Below are positions 1 through 9,207 of a stretch of DNA of 32,000 nucleotides, piece by piece (position 1 is the first letter of the stretch; every line of letters begins with the position of its first letter). Source of the stretch: Opitutales bacterium. GTDB lineage: Bacteria > Verrucomicrobiota > Verrucomicrobiia > Opitutales > PNEW01. The position numbers and the translations under genes are program-made. The stretch covers positions 1,260,001-1,292,000 of the forward strand of contig CBDCNV010000001.1 of NCBI GenBank assembly GCA_965219535.1, written 5' to 3'. The notes beneath the pieces were generated by a model, which saw only the letters and a list, made by a program, of their open reading frames with translations, was not told where the DNA came from and searched no databases.

Positions 1-83
1 AGTTTTTTGGCTATGGCTTTGCCAATTCCTTCACTGCCGCCCGTTATAACGGCAACTTTATCAGTAAGATTCGTTTCTATCAT
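1..83 (-). CDS. SDR-family oxidoreductase, N-terminal fragment (gene runs off the left edge)
   Basis: Own translation of the reverse strand from the ATG (complement of 81-83): MIETNLTDKVAVITGGSEGIGKAIAKK. This carries the classical SDR Rossmann motif TGxxxGIG. It is absent from the ORF track because no stop lies in the window. It starts 27 nt downstream of the aldolase gene on the same strand. Confidence 0.75.
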   Translation of the reverse strand, partial: MIETNLTDKVAVITGGSEGIGKAIAKK

Positions 84-110
84 TTATAATCAGGTTATTT
101 TATTTTGAAA

Positions 111-989
111 CTAAACAGGCATTGTCCGTTTCGTATAAGCCCTTCCGGTTTTTACCCCTGCTTCGCGGTCATAACAGTTCATCATCATTATGCCATCATC
201 GATTTTACTGCTCACGTCATTAGTATGGGCACCTTCCAGAAAATGTATTCCTGCGTTTTCGCAAGCGGATTTCACCTTATTGCGAGCGTCCCACATATCC
301 GGTGAGTAGGGGGGGTCGTGGGCATTGGGGTAGCCTAATGACATACCCATGTCACCCGGTCCCCATTCAGAAAATATTATACCCGGTACCTTGGCTGTAA
401 GCTCGGCATTGGCGAGAGCGCGCTTATTTTCAATTTTTAGACCGAGCATAATTTCACCCTCAGGATTCAAGGGCCAGGGGTCAGCCTTCTGCAGGTATTC
501 ATCCGGCGGAATGCCCCAAATCTCGGCGGCTCTCATTTGTCCCCCGGCTCCACGTCGACCCTGTTCATCCCCCTCTTTCATCCCCACGGTTTGAAAGGGG
601 AAGCGACAGGATTGGACAAATGCTTGAACCGCTTCAGGAGATTCAGCGTGACATAAGAGTATGCCATGCACTCCCTGACTCAAGGCTTGTTTGAACATCC
701 ACGAATTAGCACGTACGGCGGCTTCACTGGAGCCTTCAACAGGCAAGTCGATGCATACAGCCGGTGTGCGATGACCACTGGCGGTCGGGCCGCCGTCGAC
801 CAGCCCTTGCATGAAGGTACCTAGTGCACAGAGGTCATATATATTGTGCTCCATACTTACTTGAATATAGTCGGCAAAAGTTTTCGCTAGTGCTTTTCCG
901 CCTTCGTAGCTTACATCCGATGCGACAGTATAATATATCGGTTGATTTTGTTCCAGTAGCTCTATGCCTTTATTAATACGTTTTGTCAT
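111..989 (-). CDS. HpcH/HpaI-family aldolase (2-keto-3-deoxy-acid aldolase / citrate-lyase-beta-like TIM barrel)
   Basis: 292-aa ORF. The segments VRANSWMFKQALSQGVHGILLCHAESPEAVQAFVQSCRFP and LGLKIENKRALANAE...SEWGPGDMGMSLG follow the family pattern I remember (vR.n......LD.Ga.Gi..P.v.s.eeA ; iE...a..n...I...pG.d....Gp.DL..slG). This is a family-level call only. Confidence 0.8.
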   Translation of the reverse strand: MTKRINKGIELLEQNQPIYYTVASDVSYEGGKALAKTFADYIQVSMEHNIYDLCALGTFMQGLVDGGPTASGHRTPAVCIDLPVEGSSEAAVRANSWMFKQALSQGVHGILLCHAESPEAVQAFVQSCRFPFQTVGMKEGDEQGRRGAGGQMRAAEIWGIPPDEYLQKADPWPLNPEGEIMLGLKIENKRALANAELTAKVPGIIFSEWGPGDMGMSLGYPNAHDPPYSPDMWDARNKVKSACENAGIHFLEGAHTNDVSSKIDDGIMMMNCYDREAGVKTGRAYTKRTMPV

Positions 990-1082
990 ATTATTAAAAT
1001 TTTGTAATTTGATTAAATATTCTCATCCTCAAACTGTTTTTTGTAAACTGCGTCCCACCTCTAGTATCCTGCATCCTGACTT

Positions 1083-1946
1083 TTATTTTTCACCGAATCT
1101 TTTTGCCATAGCATACTTATCTTCAACCCCGATGAGCTCATTGAAAGCTTTAAAATTCATAAGGCGATCATCTTCCCCCAGGGTAGTGCCATCGCTATAA
1201 AGTTTTTCGTAAATGATACGCATCGTTTGGGCGGCTCCGTATAGACCAGCCAGGGGATAGAGAATGAGATGAAATCCCATTTCAGCCAGTTGTTCTTTTG
1301 GTAATACCGGTGTTTTCCCCCCTTCGATCATGTTGGCGACATTGGGTGCGGGAGAGCGCCGTCCAATCTCAGTCAGTTGTTCCAAGGAGTCCGGTGCCTC
1401 GACAAAACTGGCATCCGCTCCTAACTCGCGGGCGCCTTCCACCCGGGCAATGGCTTCATTGAGATTAACCGCAGCCTCCGCATCGGTGCGAGCGACGATA
1501 AAGAAATCCCGGTCATTGCGTGCCTCAACAGCCGCTCGAATCTTGTCTAAATACTGTTCGCGCTCGATTACTTTCTTCCCACGCATGTGACCACACTTCT
1601 TTGGCCAGACCTGGTCTTCCAGAAAACAACCGGCCGCGCCTGCGGCGATGAGATCATTAACGGTACGGAATACATTCAGCGGGTTCCCGTAGCCAGTATC
1701 GGCGTCAATTATGATCGGAATGGACACGCTTTCGCATATGTGGCGCGAGCGGTCTTTCATTTCCGTTTGTGTTAACAGTCCCATATCCGGTTCGCCAATC
1801 TCCGATGCCGACACCGAGTAACCTGAGACAAATCCCAGGGGAAAACCTACCCGTTCTGCGATTTTCGCGGAGAGCGCATCATAGACACCGGGAAAAGCGA
1901 TGGAGCCCACTTTATCAAGAATACCTTGAATTCGATTTTTACTCAT
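1083..1946 (-). CDS. isocitrate lyase / PEP mutase superfamily enzyme (methylisocitrate-lyase or carboxyvinyl-carboxyphosphonate phosphorylmutase-like)
   Basis: 287-aa ORF with IIIDADTGYGN and FLEDQVWPKKCGHMRGKKVI (the K-[KR]-C-G-H signature of the ICL/PEPM superfamily). The substrate cannot be told from the sequence. Confidence 0.85.
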   Translation of the reverse strand: MSKNRIQGILDKVGSIAFPGVYDALSAKIAERVGFPLGFVSGYSVSASEIGEPDMGLLTQTEMKDRSRHICESVSIPIIIDADTGYGNPLNVFRTVNDLIAAGAAGCFLEDQVWPKKCGHMRGKKVIEREQYLDKIRAAVEARNDRDFFIVARTDAEAAVNLNEAIARVEGARELGADASFVEAPDSLEQLTEIGRRSPAPNVANMIEGGKTPVLPKEQLAEMGFHLILYPLAGLYGAAQTMRIIYEKLYSDGTTLGEDDRLMNFKAFNELIGVEDKYAMAKRFGEK

Positions 1947-2229
1947 ATATTTCCGGGTTAAAAGTGGTTGTGAAATTCAATCATTCACAAAATTACCATC
2001 ACTTGAGAAAAACGGTCAAGTATGTAGCTTAGGGACTTTTAATCTATTTCTGGTGGGCCACGCGGAACCTGTCGGCCATAGCCTCGGCGACAGCTGGTCG
2101 CGGCCGCTGATGGATACACAACCTTGAACGTGGAGTTCCTTTTGACATACGGTGAACTAGGTATAGATTAATTCCTATCTTGAGTTATCCCCACCTGTAT
2201 GATGCAGATAAAATATATTTTATTTAATC

Positions 2230-3081
2230 ATGATTAAATCTATGCAAACAGACGGGCGAGTCCTAACCGATTCCCAAATTGAACATTTTAAGACATTTGG
2301 TTTCCTCATGCGTCGAAAACTGTTCAGCGCTGAAGAGATGGAAAAAATAGATAAAGAGTATGAAATCGGTATGGCTAATACCTTGAGCCATAATAAAAAA
2401 GAGGCGGGTGAGCGCGGTCAATTTAACTGGTCAAATTTAAATCCCCAAATTTCATACATCAGTAGTCTTATTGAAGACCCGCGTATCGTTGGTGCGGCGG
2501 AACAGCTACTGGGTGAAGATGCCTTCGGTATTAGTACGAATTGTAATCTCTTTAATGGGAATCGCACGGAGTGGCATCCCGATTTAGACAACCATCAATT
2601 TAAGGGAGCTAAATTTCTTTTATATTCACCTGCAATTGATGAGAACAGCGGGGCACTGCGCGTTATCCCGGGCTCCCATAAAGCTGAATTTAGCGATCAA
2701 CTCCATGGTATCGGATTGAAAGGTTCCAGCGTTGCAACTGACAGTTCCTATTTAAAGAGATCAGGTCTCGGGATCAATGATATCCCCGCTTTCGTCTGCA
2801 AATCTGAACCGGGTGACATGATTACTTTTGATTCTCGACTCTGGCACGCATCCTGGGCGGGGGAAAAAGGTCGTCGCATGGTTAGTTTCAATTTTTGCGC
2901 TTATCCTAAAACAACTGAGGAGAAAGAGGCGATATTTCTGGATGCAGAGATATCACGTGATATCGTTAAGGAACTCTTTCCCGAACCGCCCTGTTATGAC
3001 AAGTGGTTGGAAAATGCCGATCATAACCCAAGGTTTAAACACTGGGTTCCCGCTTTAAAAGAATTCGGTTTTATAGATTAG
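2230..3081 (+). CDS. phytanoyl-CoA dioxygenase (PhyH) family Fe(II)/2-oxoglutarate oxygenase
   Basis: 283-aa ORF. It has the N-terminal QIEHFKTFGFL, then TEWHPD (His-x-Asp), ALRVIPGSHK and ITFDSRLWHAS (distal His), which is the typical PhyH layout. It is divergent from the 1083-1946 operon. Confidence 0.8.
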   Translation: MIKSMQTDGRVLTDSQIEHFKTFGFLMRRKLFSAEEMEKIDKEYEIGMANTLSHNKKEAGERGQFNWSNLNPQISYISSLIEDPRIVGAAEQLLGEDAFGISTNCNLFNGNRTEWHPDLDNHQFKGAKFLLYSPAIDENSGALRVIPGSHKAEFSDQLHGIGLKGSSVATDSSYLKRSGLGINDIPAFVCKSEPGDMITFDSRLWHASWAGEKGRRMVSFNFCAYPKTTEEKEAIFLDAEISRDIVKELFPEPPCYDKWLENADHNPRFKHWVPALKEFGFID

Positions 3082-3089
3082 ACATTAAG

Positions 3090-3248
3090 TCTAAAGTCGA
3101 AGGTCAAAAGTCGAATGCGAAGATAAAATTTTTATACTAGGCCCTTAAATATTTAATCCAGTTTCTTACCTAAAACTTAACACCTAACACTGATGTATTT
3201 TTAACCTTCGACTTTAGACCTTCGACTTTAGACCTTCGACTTTAGACC
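3090..3248. repeat. 14-bp tandem repeat (CCTTCGACTTTAGA x3, 3205-3246) plus an upstream inverted copy (TCTAAAGTCGAAGGTC, 3090-3105)
   Basis: Read directly: ACCTTCGACTTTAGACCTTCGACTTTAGACCTTCGACTTTAGACC at 3204-3248. The 16-mer at 3090-3105 is the exact reverse complement of GACCTTCGACTTTAGA, which occurs in the array. The region lies between the PhyH stop (3081) and the aldo/keto reductase ATG (3257). Confidence 0.9.
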
Positions 3249-3256
3249 TAATTACC

Positions 3257-4090
3257 ATGCCCCTTCAATTGAACAGTCTGATCGAACTTAACAATGGAAA
3301 GACGATACCGCGTCTTGGGCTCGGTGTTTTCCAGATGACATCAGGAGCGAAATCCGTAAAAACAATCGCCTATGCATTACAAAATGGTTACCGTCACCTT
3401 GATACAGCGAGCCTATATAATAATGAAGCTGAAGTAGGTGAAGCGGTGCGCGCTTCCGGCTTGAGCCGTGAGGATGTGTTTGTGACGACCAAATTGTGGA
3501 ACGGTGATCACGGTTACGACTCCGCTTTGAAGGCTTTTGAAAAAAGCCTTAAGTTAATGAAGTTCGATTATGTCGACCTCTACCTTATTCACTGGCCTGT
3601 TCCGCAAGGACGACTGGAATCGTGGAGAGCATTCGAAAAACTATACGAAGAGGGGAGTTGCAAGGCGATTGGAGTGAGTAATTACATGGTTCAGCATATA
3701 GACGAACTGCATAAACAGGCGAAGGTAGTTCCGGCGGTTAATCAAATTGAACTACATCCCTTTAATTATGCTCAACGTAAACCCGTGATCGAACTCTGCC
3801 AGAATCATAATATCTGTGTTGAATGTTACAGCCCGTTGACCAAGGGAATGCGTTTGCGAGATCCCGGTTTAGTGGAAATTGCCAAGCGCTATGATCGTTC
3901 AACTGCACAGATTCTAATTCGATGGGGATTGCAGAAGGGGTTTGTCACGATCCCTAAATCTGCGCGTCCCGAGCGCATTTTAGAAAATGCAAATGTATTC
4001 GACTTCTCGATTAGCGAGGACGATATGATTGCGCTCGAAACACTCAATGAAAATTACAGCTGCACTTGGGACCCGACAGATGAGCCCTGA
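3257..4090 (+). CDS. aldo/keto reductase (2,5-diketo-D-gluconate-reductase-like)
   Basis: 277-aa ORF with the AKR hallmarks GYRHLDTASLYNNEAEVGEA, VFVTTKLWN, DLYLIHWP and IPKSARPERILEN. Confidence 0.9.
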   Translation: MPLQLNSLIELNNGKTIPRLGLGVFQMTSGAKSVKTIAYALQNGYRHLDTASLYNNEAEVGEAVRASGLSREDVFVTTKLWNGDHGYDSALKAFEKSLKLMKFDYVDLYLIHWPVPQGRLESWRAFEKLYEEGSCKAIGVSNYMVQHIDELHKQAKVVPAVNQIELHPFNYAQRKPVIELCQNHNICVECYSPLTKGMRLRDPGLVEIAKRYDRSTAQILIRWGLQKGFVTIPKSARPERILENANVFDFSISEDDMIALETLNENYSCTWDPTDEP

Positions 4091-4122
4091 TTCGGGCGTG
4101 TCAGTGTATAGGGAATAGAGAA

Positions 4123-5067
4123 TTAAAATTTCTCAGCCGTAATTTCAGGCGCCCAGTATTCATCGAATGCTTGTTTTAAATCTCTCTTCAATTGATCGGA
4201 TACCGGATAATAGGGTGGGCGTGTAATTCCCGAGTCTTCAAGCCATCCCGTGAGATCCGCCCGCGCTTTTCCTACGATCCCATGGCGATGACCGGCATCA
4301 CGTATTGAACTAAAGTTTTTCGATTCCCAATCGATCAGTTTTCTGTGATATTGGGTTGCCTGATCCCAGTTGCCTTCCTTACAGGCATTCATATATTGGA
4401 TGTGCCATCTAGGTAAAGTATTGACCCAGTAGCTGTAACACCCTTTTGCCCCGAGCATCATGCCAACCACCATGCTGGGATCCGTGGTAAAATGCGCAAG
4501 ATGATCGGAGTTATTCATGATCTCTGTCAATTCACCAATAACGGAAGTGGCTAGTTTGGAGCCGATAAACTGTTCGGGAAATAACTTTGCTAGATGCGCA
4601 TAATCGACACCGGTTAAGGGAGGACCGCAAAGCGGGTGAGCATAGTGTACCCAACGCGCTTCAGGCGCGGCATTGGCCAGGTCTTCCCAGAACCGTTCGA
4701 TATCAGGTTTTGCCAATGGCATAAAAAATGGGAAGGCGACATGAAAATTAGGGATACCGGCATCGCATGCTATTTTTATTCGATCGATGATACCCTGGGT
4801 AGAACTCCACGTTACTCCCATCGCTGCATCTATCCCCGTTTGATCCATGGCTTTGCCAAAGATTGTTGCAAGCTGCTGAAATTCGTCCCGTTCGATGGCA
4901 TAAAATTCACCGTCGCTATCGGATGTATAGATACCGTCTACTCCCGCCGATGCTAATTTCTGGCAATTACGCTGTAGGACACCTTCATCTATGTCTCCTC
5001 CGGTCGTCCAGGGAGTGGCCACCGCTGACCAGAGCCCACTTAGGGTGGTCGTGTCCAAAGCTCTCAT
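4123..5067 (-). CDS. DapA/NanA-family (dihydrodipicolinate synthase / N-acetylneuraminate lyase-like) class I aldolase
   Basis: 314-aa ORF. GVDGIYTSDSDGEFYAIERDEF resembles the GvdGl...GtTGE...L...E motif. FIGSKLATS sits where the Schiff-base Lys (vGiKeas) is expected. Last gene of the long minus-strand array, 25 nt after the 430-aa ORF. Confidence 0.7.
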   Translation of the reverse strand: MRALDTTTLSGLWSAVATPWTTGGDIDEGVLQRNCQKLASAGVDGIYTSDSDGEFYAIERDEFQQLATIFGKAMDQTGIDAAMGVTWSSTQGIIDRIKIACDAGIPNFHVAFPFFMPLAKPDIERFWEDLANAAPEARWVHYAHPLCGPPLTGVDYAHLAKLFPEQFIGSKLATSVIGELTEIMNNSDHLAHFTTDPSMVVGMMLGAKGCYSYWVNTLPRWHIQYMNACKEGNWDQATQYHRKLIDWESKNFSSIRDAGHRHGIVGKARADLTGWLEDSGITRPPYYPVSDQLKRDLKQAFDEYWAPEITAEKF

Positions 5068-5092
5068 GACGCGCAGGTATAAATATTAATAG

Positions 5093-6385
5093 CTAATTTA
5101 ATGTTAGCAAAATACCACCTAAATAATCGTCATTGTAAAGCTCGAAAGCGTTCTCCACTACGATCAGGTTGCGCTCAGTCATTTCCTCTTTAAATCGCTC
5201 AGAAATAATGCCGGTAATCCATAATTGTGTATGCTCTTTGGATTGTCGCGCAATCCGATCAAAATAATTCATGTTATTGTGATCCTCAACGGCGGTTTCT
5301 TCGGTCCAAAACCCATAGTCGATGGGGGCGGGGATAATTCTATTTCCCGATTCCGTTTCGCAAACAATAAAACCTTGTTCGGCATGAATCGCGACAATCT
5401 TTTCATAATGTTGATCGATATGAATGATAAGATCGGCGGTACGCTGAAATAAAAATGCGTCTTCCATGCTGTCAGCCTGCAGGGCGATGGCACAAAATTC
5501 TTTAAAGTTGGCAACCGCATTGAGATTAGAAATCTGCAAGCAAACGAAATTCTTTTGTGTAGGAGAGTACCAGGGGTGATGGAGCATTTTTTTCGCGATA
5601 CGTTTATCCAAATCCCCTCCCTCTTTAAGGCGTTTTAAATTAGCGTCGGGTATTTCATTCGGGAGCAAATCTGCGGCCAGGTCTCGGACCTGGTTCGAGC
5701 GATTAGCCGAGCTGATCGCCATACCCGCGAGCCCGATGGGTGAGAACTTCAATGCCATACCAACAGACATATCACCGGATACTGAAGCCCAGGCGAGATC
5801 TTTAAGCTCGTTTTGCAATCGCTCGTTGCTCGAGTAGGGATCGACGGACAGTTTTTCAGCAATTTCCTTTTTCGCTTTCGTATATCCTAAGATCGCGGCA
5901 GCCGTATTGTCTTTGTAATGCTCACCTGATTTGACATTTGCGCCGGTGACCTTTCTTCCCGCTTTACCAATATAGCGAGCAGCACTTTTCGGCACACTGG
6001 ACACGGTGCCCACGGGATTGGTTATCGTATGATAAGCTCCTTGAAGCGGACTCATCGCGGCGGCCGCCATACTATCGGCGAATACTTTCGATTTTTTAAT
6101 TTCGACAATTCTTGCAAGTGCGTAAATTTCTTGAACACGAGTAATTAACATATCATTTCCGAACACCTTGAAATTGCCAAAGTCAGATTCGATATTGTAG
6201 TAGTTGGTGAAGCCATCATTAATAACAGCCTCTTCTACCCGGTGGTAGGGGCCGGAGAGTATTTCCGCAGGCATTAGATCACTCGCTTTTAAGAGAGGTA
6301 CATCTTCGAATGAATCAGTTTCACCTGTTAGTGTATTGATGAGCGTAAAATAACTGAATAGAGCTAAAAAGAAAAATTTCATCAT
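5093..6385 (-). CDS. hypothetical secreted protein (430 aa)
   Basis: Long ORF with a Sec-type N-terminus, MMKFFFLALFSYFTLINTLTG. No family recognised. Confidence 0.7.
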   Translation of the reverse strand: MMKFFFLALFSYFTLINTLTGETDSFEDVPLLKASDLMPAEILSGPYHRVEEAVINDGFTNYYNIESDFGNFKVFGNDMLITRVQEIYALARIVEIKKSKVFADSMAAAAMSPLQGAYHTITNPVGTVSSVPKSAARYIGKAGRKVTGANVKSGEHYKDNTAAAILGYTKAKKEIAEKLSVDPYSSNERLQNELKDLAWASVSGDMSVGMALKFSPIGLAGMAISSANRSNQVRDLAADLLPNEIPDANLKRLKEGGDLDKRIAKKMLHHPWYSPTQKNFVCLQISNLNAVANFKEFCAIALQADSMEDAFLFQRTADLIIHIDQHYEKIVAIHAEQGFIVCETESGNRIIPAPIDYGFWTEETAVEDHNNMNYFDRIARQSKEHTQLWITGIISERFKEEMTERNLIVVENAFELYNDDYLGGILLTLN

Positions 6386-6726
6386 CGTTAAGCCTCCTGT
6401 TTTTGTTCTCGTAATTGAGAAACAACCCCTACTTGAGAATAGCTATTAACTATACTTTAATAGCATAAAGCTTATGCAATTTATGGCAACTTTATCAGGG
6501 TGGATGCGTGTAGGATGAAGTGATTTTTACTATATTTTACCAATTAAAATCAATTAAGTGGGGTATGCATGATACATATTAATCGCATCCTGTCTCTTGG
6601 ACTTGAACAAAATATTTCTCAATAAACAGAAAAAAATTAATGCGCGAAGTGTATAGAGAGGCTGGCAAACGTGTTGCCCTCAGACCGAGTCATAACGAGT
6701 GCATGACTTAAAAAAAACTTCCTCGA

Positions 6727-7065
6727 CTACTCCTTCAATGCGAGATGAACCATGATTTTAATCTGTGGATTTTCTCCATCGAGGACGCACCGCAAACGCA
6801 GCCAGCTGCCAAAATTAATTAATTCACAGGCGTAGAGTGTTTCCTTCGTAATATGAACAAGTTCAGACCCTTCCTTATCACACCAGAAGAGACCATCGGG
6901 TGAAATCTGAGGAATAAATTTCATCGATGCCCCTTCGGCCAGGTTGATAACACGAACGAACCATGTCGCCTCGCTCGCCCAGCCACATTCATACGGTTCA
7001 GTATCGAAATTTTCCGTATAAGTTTCGTTCTGTTCAATAGTTGCGGTATGGGATCGCCTGAGCAT
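6727..7065 (-). CDS. hypothetical protein (112 aa)
   Basis: ORF 52 nt downstream of the 303-aa ORF on the same strand. No signal peptide and no recognisable motif. Coding status is supported mainly by position and protein-like composition. Confidence 0.5.
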   Translation of the reverse strand: MLRRSHTATIEQNETYTENFDTEPYECGWASEATWFVRVINLAEGASMKFIPQISPDGLFWCDKEGSELVHITKETLYACELINFGSWLRLRCVLDGENPQIKIMVHLALKE

Positions 7066-7117
7066 GTAAAGATAGACAGAGGTTATTTCTAAGCGTGTTA
7101 GTTAATATTATTGAAAG

Positions 7118-8029
7118 TTACCAGTCCACAGATACGAGCACGGAATCAAAGAAGAGGAAATTACGGACGGGTAAGTGGGTCCTGACGTCGAAGAAAAAAT
7201 TAAGAAGACGATCACATGAGTAATAGGTCACTTCATAAGCGGGAACTGGGATGTTCCGTAGATCCATTACGCGATCATTGATCTGTAGTTCGACGTTGCG
7301 TCTTGTCTCCAAGTCGAATGACCAGCGGAGGTAATGCCAGTTTATCTTCGTCGGCACTTCATTGTTACAGAGCGCGAAATCCCCCCCGGGAACTTCTTTC
7401 CAATCATCCGGGCTTAGGGCATGCAGGTCTTTCGGAGTTGGAGTACCGTCTATATGCATTTTCGTCGTTACCGAAACGGAAGTCTTATAAAACCACTTTC
7501 TAACATAGTTTCCCTCGGCGTCTGTATTGACGTATCTTAGAGAACAGAAGTAGCGCTTACCATCCGGACCTTCGTTTATATCATTACTGAGTGTAAAATC
7601 ACCAAACATTGCTTCTGAAGGGTGATAATTTCCGTCAAACGGCATCGACCCATTTAAATTATCGTCGAAAACTGCTTCGGCTTTATAGGTGAAATAAGTT
7701 TCCAGTTGGACGAGGCTGCGCTTGGCGAAAGTCATGCGTTTGATTAAAACGCAGGAGTGGTTGGGTCGCGGCCGCGTTGCTAATTTTAAGGCGTATTCAC
7801 CACTTACACTCCCATGAGTGCCAATGTCAAAAAAAGTGCAATTACTCAACTGTGCCGGCCGCAAGTCGCGATACATGGGTTTAATGTCATCCAGGCTGTC
7901 ATTGTAATTGCCTATCAATGTGCACCAGCCATTGATTCCCTCATCGAAATCATCGAAAAAGAGTATCCTTTTGAGCGGGTTGTACTTGCTCAAACGCGGA
8001 TCGACATAGGGGGGGTGAACACTATTCAT
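7118..8029 (-). CDS. hypothetical cytoplasmic protein (303 aa), possibly a concanavalin-A-like/jelly-roll fold
   Basis: ORF starts 41 nt downstream of the OppC-type permease gene, same strand. The N-terminal FFDDFDEGINGW, YALKL and C-terminal LFFDSVLVSV resemble LamG/ConA-like beta-sandwich proteins. That fold guess is weak. No P-loop. Confidence 0.65.
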   Translation of the reverse strand: MNSVHPPYVDPRLSKYNPLKRILFFDDFDEGINGWCTLIGNYNDSLDDIKPMYRDLRPAQLSNCTFFDIGTHGSVSGEYALKLATRPRPNHSCVLIKRMTFAKRSLVQLETYFTYKAEAVFDDNLNGSMPFDGNYHPSEAMFGDFTLSNDINEGPDGKRYFCSLRYVNTDAEGNYVRKWFYKTSVSVTTKMHIDGTPTPKDLHALSPDDWKEVPGGDFALCNNEVPTKINWHYLRWSFDLETRRNVELQINDRVMDLRNIPVPAYEVTYYSCDRLLNFFFDVRTHLPVRNFLFFDSVLVSVDW

Positions 8030-8070
8030 GATGAAGGGTTATGATTAAGAGAATGAATGCCTAAAACTGA

Positions 8071-9207
8071 TTACTTTCCCCGTGCGTAAGGATCCGCGGC
8101 ATCGCGCAAGCCATCGCCTAAAAAGTTAAAAGCGAGAACGGCTACAATTACCGCTACGGCCGGGAGCATCAACCACGGATAAAGTGCCACGGTCTGTATA
8201 TTCTGAGCGCGTTGAAGAAGGACACCCCAGCTGATGGCCGGTGCACGCAGTCCTAACCCTAAAAAACTGAGCGCTGTTTCACTGATAATCATGGCGGGTA
8301 TGGCGAGGGTCGTGGCGGCGATAATATGACTCGTAAAAGAGGGAAGCATGTGGCGAAAAATTATTCGCATCGTACTGCATCCGCCTAAACGGGCCGCCAT
8401 TACGTAGTCTTCTTCACGCAGAGCGAGAAATTTTCCGCGCACCACGCGGGCGAGCGCGGTCCATCCAAAAAGCGAAATAATAAGCGTTATCGCGAAGTAT
8501 ATTTTAATTATCGACCAGTCTTTCGGTAGTGCAGCTGCCAGTCCCATCCATAATGGGATCGTGGGAATGGAACGAATAAATTCGATTGAGCGTTGGATAA
8601 TCGAGTCGATAAAGCCACCGAAGTAACCGGATATACCGCCCAGGGTTATGCCCAGAATGAGACTTAAAGCCACACCGATAAGCCCAATGGACAAGGAGAT
8701 GCGCGTTCCGTAGATGAGACGGGACCAAAGGTCTCTGCCCAGTTCGTCGCTGCCCAGCCAATAAATATCAGTGCGAAGTCCCACATCCTGAATGCTGATA
8801 AAGTGCCGGTCCATTTCAAATAATCCCAGGAATTTATAGGGATCGCCATGAGCGAAAAAATGAACCGGAACTTTATTGTCGGGTTCGAGCGTAAACACGC
8901 GCATATAAGTTTCCGGGTCGCGCTTTCCCGTGAGGCTCTCTACATAAGGGCGAAACGAACCGTTGTCGAACCAGTGTATGGTTTGCGGCGGACAGTAGGC
9001 AAAATGTGGATTTGTTTCGTGTGGAGTTCCGGTCGAGAGGAATTCAGCGATAAACGCAATGAAGTAGAATCCGAGGACAATGAATAATGAAATCAGGGCT
9101 ATTTTATGTCGTTTGAATCGCCACCACATCAATTGCCATTGAGTGGCGATGTCCTTGCGATCGACACCCTTTTCATTCACGGAAATGGTGTTCGATTCCT
9201 TCTTCAT
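8071..9207 (-). CDS. ABC transporter permease, OppC/DppC type
   Basis: 378-aa multi-span ORF. It has WWRFKRHKIALISLFIVL, LGSDELGRDLWSRLIYGTRISL (the G-t-D-x-l-G-R-D...S-R signature of DppC/OppC) and a C-terminal FNFLGDGLRDAADP. The start overlaps the upstream permease stop by 4 nt (ATGA at 9204-9207). Confidence 0.9.
   Translation of the reverse strand: MKKESNTISVNEKGVDRKDIATQWQLMWWRFKRHKIALISLFIVLGFYFIAFIAEFLSTGTPHETNPHFAYCPPQTIHWFDNGSFRPYVESLTGKRDPETYMRVFTLEPDNKVPVHFFAHGDPYKFLGLFEMDRHFISIQDVGLRTDIYWLGSDELGRDLWSRLIYGTRISLSIGLIGVALSLILGITLGGISGYFGGFIDSIIQRSIEFIRSIPTIPLWMGLAAALPKDWSIIKIYFAITLIISLFGWTALARVVRGKFLALREEDYVMAARLGGCSTMRIIFRHMLPSFTSHIIAATTLAIPAMIISETALSFLGLGLRAPAISWGVLLQRAQNIQTVALYPWLMLPAVAVIVAVLAFNFLGDGLRDAADPYARGK

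Noticed and set aside
2052-2140. A GC-rich patch in the divergent promoter region (GGTGGGCCACGCGGAACCTGTCGGCCATAGCCTCGGCGACAGCTGGTCGCGGCC...), vaguely like the GGTGGAACGCGG repeat family and partly self-complementary.
   Set aside because: When paired base by base, the stem is short and imperfect: CTGTCG(G)CC / GGCGACAG plus GGCC ends. Similarity to the other repeats is too weak to call by eye.
4636-5069. Plus-strand ORFs of 106 and 68 aa, and similar antisense ORFs within 8504-9657, 11150-12196, 19147-20115 and 30795-31534.
   Set aside because: They lie entirely inside longer, motif-supported genes on the opposite strand and have low-complexity or Arg/Ser-rich products. These are shadow ORFs.
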